Below are positions 17,613-20,000 of a stretch of DNA of 20,000 nt, piece after piece. The stretch lies in the NCBI GenBank assembly GCA_008369845.1, contig MRSU01002006.1:47006-67005 (forward strand), read 5' to 3'. Each line of letters opens with the position of its first letter. Position 1 is the stretch's first letter. Under the pieces are notes generated by a model that was not told the origin of the DNA, did no database searches, and saw nothing but the letters and a program-made list of their open reading frames with translations. The stretch is from Trichomonas gallinae (lineage: Eukaryota). A program made the position numbers and the translations under genes.

Positions 17613-20000
17613 TTAATTGCTAGACTCAAATGACAAGTTGTCTTCAACAATCTTAGTAATATTCCTGTAGATGGTAACTTTCCTGAGTGGCCTAAGGTTG
17701 AGAGATCCGCAGCAGAAAATAATGGCTCTGAGTATACTCAATGCGTTAGAAGGCAAAACTTCGTTCGATGTTGCTAAAAATCTTGTGAACTTCTTTACGA
17801 AGCTAGTTTTCATCGCGCAGCCACTCGATGGTGTGCTTCTGAAGAGGATGGATATCTTCTGAGGGATGATGAATTCTCCGAAGACAGAAGCACGCATGAA
17901 GCTCTTCAAAAGATCCTTTGACATCATATCTTCTTCCAAGACAGCATTGCCGGCCAAAATCGCGCGCCAGATCTTAGATGTCGAACTCTTTATGTCATTA
18001 AAGTTCACTCTGTTGATGACTGAAGAAAGTAATGAAGCGTAAATTCTATCACCGAATATCATCAGTCTAAACGCCTCTTCGAGGCTCTGTATGACGCCTG
18101 GGTCATCGTAACCTCTTCTGACGATGGCGATGTATACCTGGGCGATCTGGAGATTGACGTTGGGGAAGCCGTACTCAATCCATGATGCTGAGTGCTTCAT
18201 CAAAGAGATCAATAATGGTATGGAGAGTTGATAAACATCAATAGTTTCTCTTAATGCGTTGAACATTTGTGAGAAGAACTTGTCGAATTCAGCTGGATCT
18301 TCGAAGTTTGTCTTGACGACTTCTGAGATTCTCTGGATGACCTGATCGAAGTTCGATGATGGGAAGCAATTAGATGATGTGATCATGAAGAAGAAGCAGC
18401 CTTTGAACATGTCTTTGTCCTTGGTGATGGAAAAGACTTTGATAGCATAAATCTTGCATGCCTGCGTAAACTCGTTGCCGACAACTTTGTAGCATTCTTC
18501 CAATAACTGAAGGTTCGATATATCATTTGCCATTGGCTTGCCGATAACTTCCAAAATCTTCCTCTTTGCAGTATACTGCATCGCTGGGACTTTGGAGAAC
18601 AAGAAGATACCAGCCTGTGCCAAAAGTATAGGAGTAATTGGCGTCTTTGAGAACAATTTGAACAATTTAAGTCTGTTGTTTGTGATTTTGATTGTTGCTC
18701 GCTGAATCATTAGAGAAAGCATGAAGTCCTGCATCTTTTCAACAATGTCTGGAACGAATTCTTGTGGGCAATGCTTGAGGCACAAATCGATTGAATTGCG
18801 TGAGACGTCCAAGTCGAACAATGACTTGAAGATGAACATCGCGCGATCTTTCTTGCTCAACAAGGCATGCCAGAGATATTTGGCTGATGTTGTGAATGTC
18901 AATGTCTTGCAGGAGATGTCGTTTGCGAGTTTGAGGCCTGTCAAAATACTCTCTTCGGATAATTGGTTCTGTGTGTTCAATATCTTTGTCATGACTCTGA
19001 CCAATGTCAAAAGGTGGACATCGTGTGGAGAGTTATGCCTCATATTTTCGACCTGCTTCACGTATAATGGGATGTACTGTGGGAATCTTTCGATCAAGAA
19101 CAAATCTGGCTTGGACTTCTTGAAGTCGGTGTATAAGTCTGGATACAACTCGGAGATGTACTGATCCAAGTAGTCGACGGATGATTTCTGGACGCCTTCG
19201 CTCATCAAAAATGCGAAGAAGATGTCGCTCTCCAAAATCTTCTTCGGCCTGTACTTGAGTAACGCGTCAGCTGTCTGGATTGGGGCATACGAGATGAATG
19301 TAATGATTAATTTCTTTCCTTGGTTAGTGTCGATCTTCAAGATCTCAGATATTGTGTGGAAAGTCAAGTCGTAGTTTGTGACATCGTTTAAGAAGGAAAC
19401 AGACTGGATTGTGCACTCGCCGTTCTTCAGCAAGCAGAGCAATGTTGAGTGAGCTGCTTTGATGATCTCCTTGTCTTTGTTGAGAGAATCGCGCTGAACA
19501 GCTGTCAAGACGACGACGTAGAACTCTGTGACTTTCGGAGTGTGCGGTACCTTTCCAGCTGAGATCAGCGAGCAGATGATACCCAGGGCAATAACGTAAT
19601 CGTTGCAGCGTGTGATGTCTGGTCTTGCGTCGAATAATGCGATGACTTTATCGACGAATGTCTTGCCTGATGCTGTGTCGAATGTCTTCGGGTTCTCCTC
19701 CCAGCACTGGAGGATGTATCTGATGTACGCGGCGATGTCATCCAAGCCCTGTTCGAATGAGATGTGTGGAACTAGTAGAGGAAGACCTGTGCCGGACATC
19801 TTTGCGATGTATCTGTGCGACTTTGTGCTAGAGATAATGGAGATGAACTGAGCTGGAGCGATGAATTGAGCGCCCATTAAGTCGTGCAGCTCCATGGAAT
19901 ACATGGAAGCGACACCCTCTAAGAACCAAGGCATTTTCTCTGAGTACTTGACCATGGACTTGAAGACTGGTATTGCGAGTGGATGGTTCCTGCTTGCGAG
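17613..20000 (-). CDS. Large hypothetical protein, probably alpha-helical (HEAT/ARM-like); 5' partial
   Basis: 780-aa ORF. The frame stays open for 15 more codons (LASRNHPLAIPVFKS) from ATG 19955 to the window edge, so the true start is probably outside the window. Amphipathic helical pattern, with no family recognised. Confidence 0.75.
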   Translation of the reverse strand, partial: LASRNHPLAIPVFKSMVKYSEKMPWFLEGVASMYSMELHDLMGAQFIAPAQFISIISSTKSHRYIAKMSGTGLPLLVPHISFEQGLDDIAAYIRYILQCWEENPKTFDTASGKTFVDKVIALFDARPDITRCNDYVIALGIICSLISAGKVPHTPKVTEFYVVVLTAVQRDSLNKDKEIIKAAHSTLLCLLKNGECTIQSVSFLNDVTNYDLTFHTISEILKIDTNQGKKLIITFISYAPIQTADALLKYRPKKILESDIFFAFLMSEGVQKSSVDYLDQYISELYPDLYTDFKKSKPDLFLIERFPQYIPLYVKQVENMRHNSPHDVHLLTLVRVMTKILNTQNQLSEESILTGLKLANDISCKTLTFTTSAKYLWHALLSKKDRAMFIFKSLFDLDVSRNSIDLCLKHCPQEFVPDIVEKMQDFMLSLMIQRATIKITNNRLKLFKLFSKTPITPILLAQAGIFLFSKVPAMQYTAKRKILEVIGKPMANDISNLQLLEECYKVVGNEFTQACKIYAIKVFSITKDKDMFKGCFFFMITSSNCFPSSNFDQVIQRISEVVKTNFEDPAEFDKFFSQMFNALRETIDVYQLSIPLLISLMKHSASWIEYGFPNVNLQIAQVYIAIVRRGYDDPGVIQSLEEAFRLMIFGDRIYASLLSSVINRVNFNDIKSSTSKIWRAILAGNAVLEEDMMSKDLLKSFMRASVFGEFIIPQKISILFRSTPSSGCAMKTSFVKKFTRFLATSNEVLPSNALSILRAIIFCCGSLNLRPLRKVTIYRNITKIVEDNLSFESSN

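Noticed and set aside
17671..19851. Plus-strand ORFs inside the large minus-strand gene
   Set aside because: Antisense shadows with no independent evidence.

Overview
Eukaryotic, AT-rich, gene-dense and nearly intron-free DNA, most consistent with a trichomonad (Trichomonas vaginalis or a relative). This assignment is inferred from TCAYW initiator elements, TAAA signals overlapping stop codons, a 26-nt short spliceosomal intron and an R2R3-Myb of trichomonad type. There are ten protein genes: a tandem ubiquitin-like plus degenerate RhoGAP-like protein, a small membrane-anchored CX3C-repeat protein, Mob1, a type II glycosyltransferase-like protein, BBS2, an 8-module EF-hand protein (CFAP115-like), an MFS sugar porter, a Myb factor, a pseudokinase, and a large helical hypothetical protein that runs off the right edge. 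The ORF track misses the true start of Mob1, which needs splicing. The most notable items are the hidden Mob1 intron, the three-hairpin cysteine protein, and a non-coding motif family (TTTG[T/A]C[A/G]TGTAAA) that clusters in three separate upstream intergenic regions as tandem and dispersed repeats. I saw no rRNA, tRNA, CRISPR array or intact transposase.
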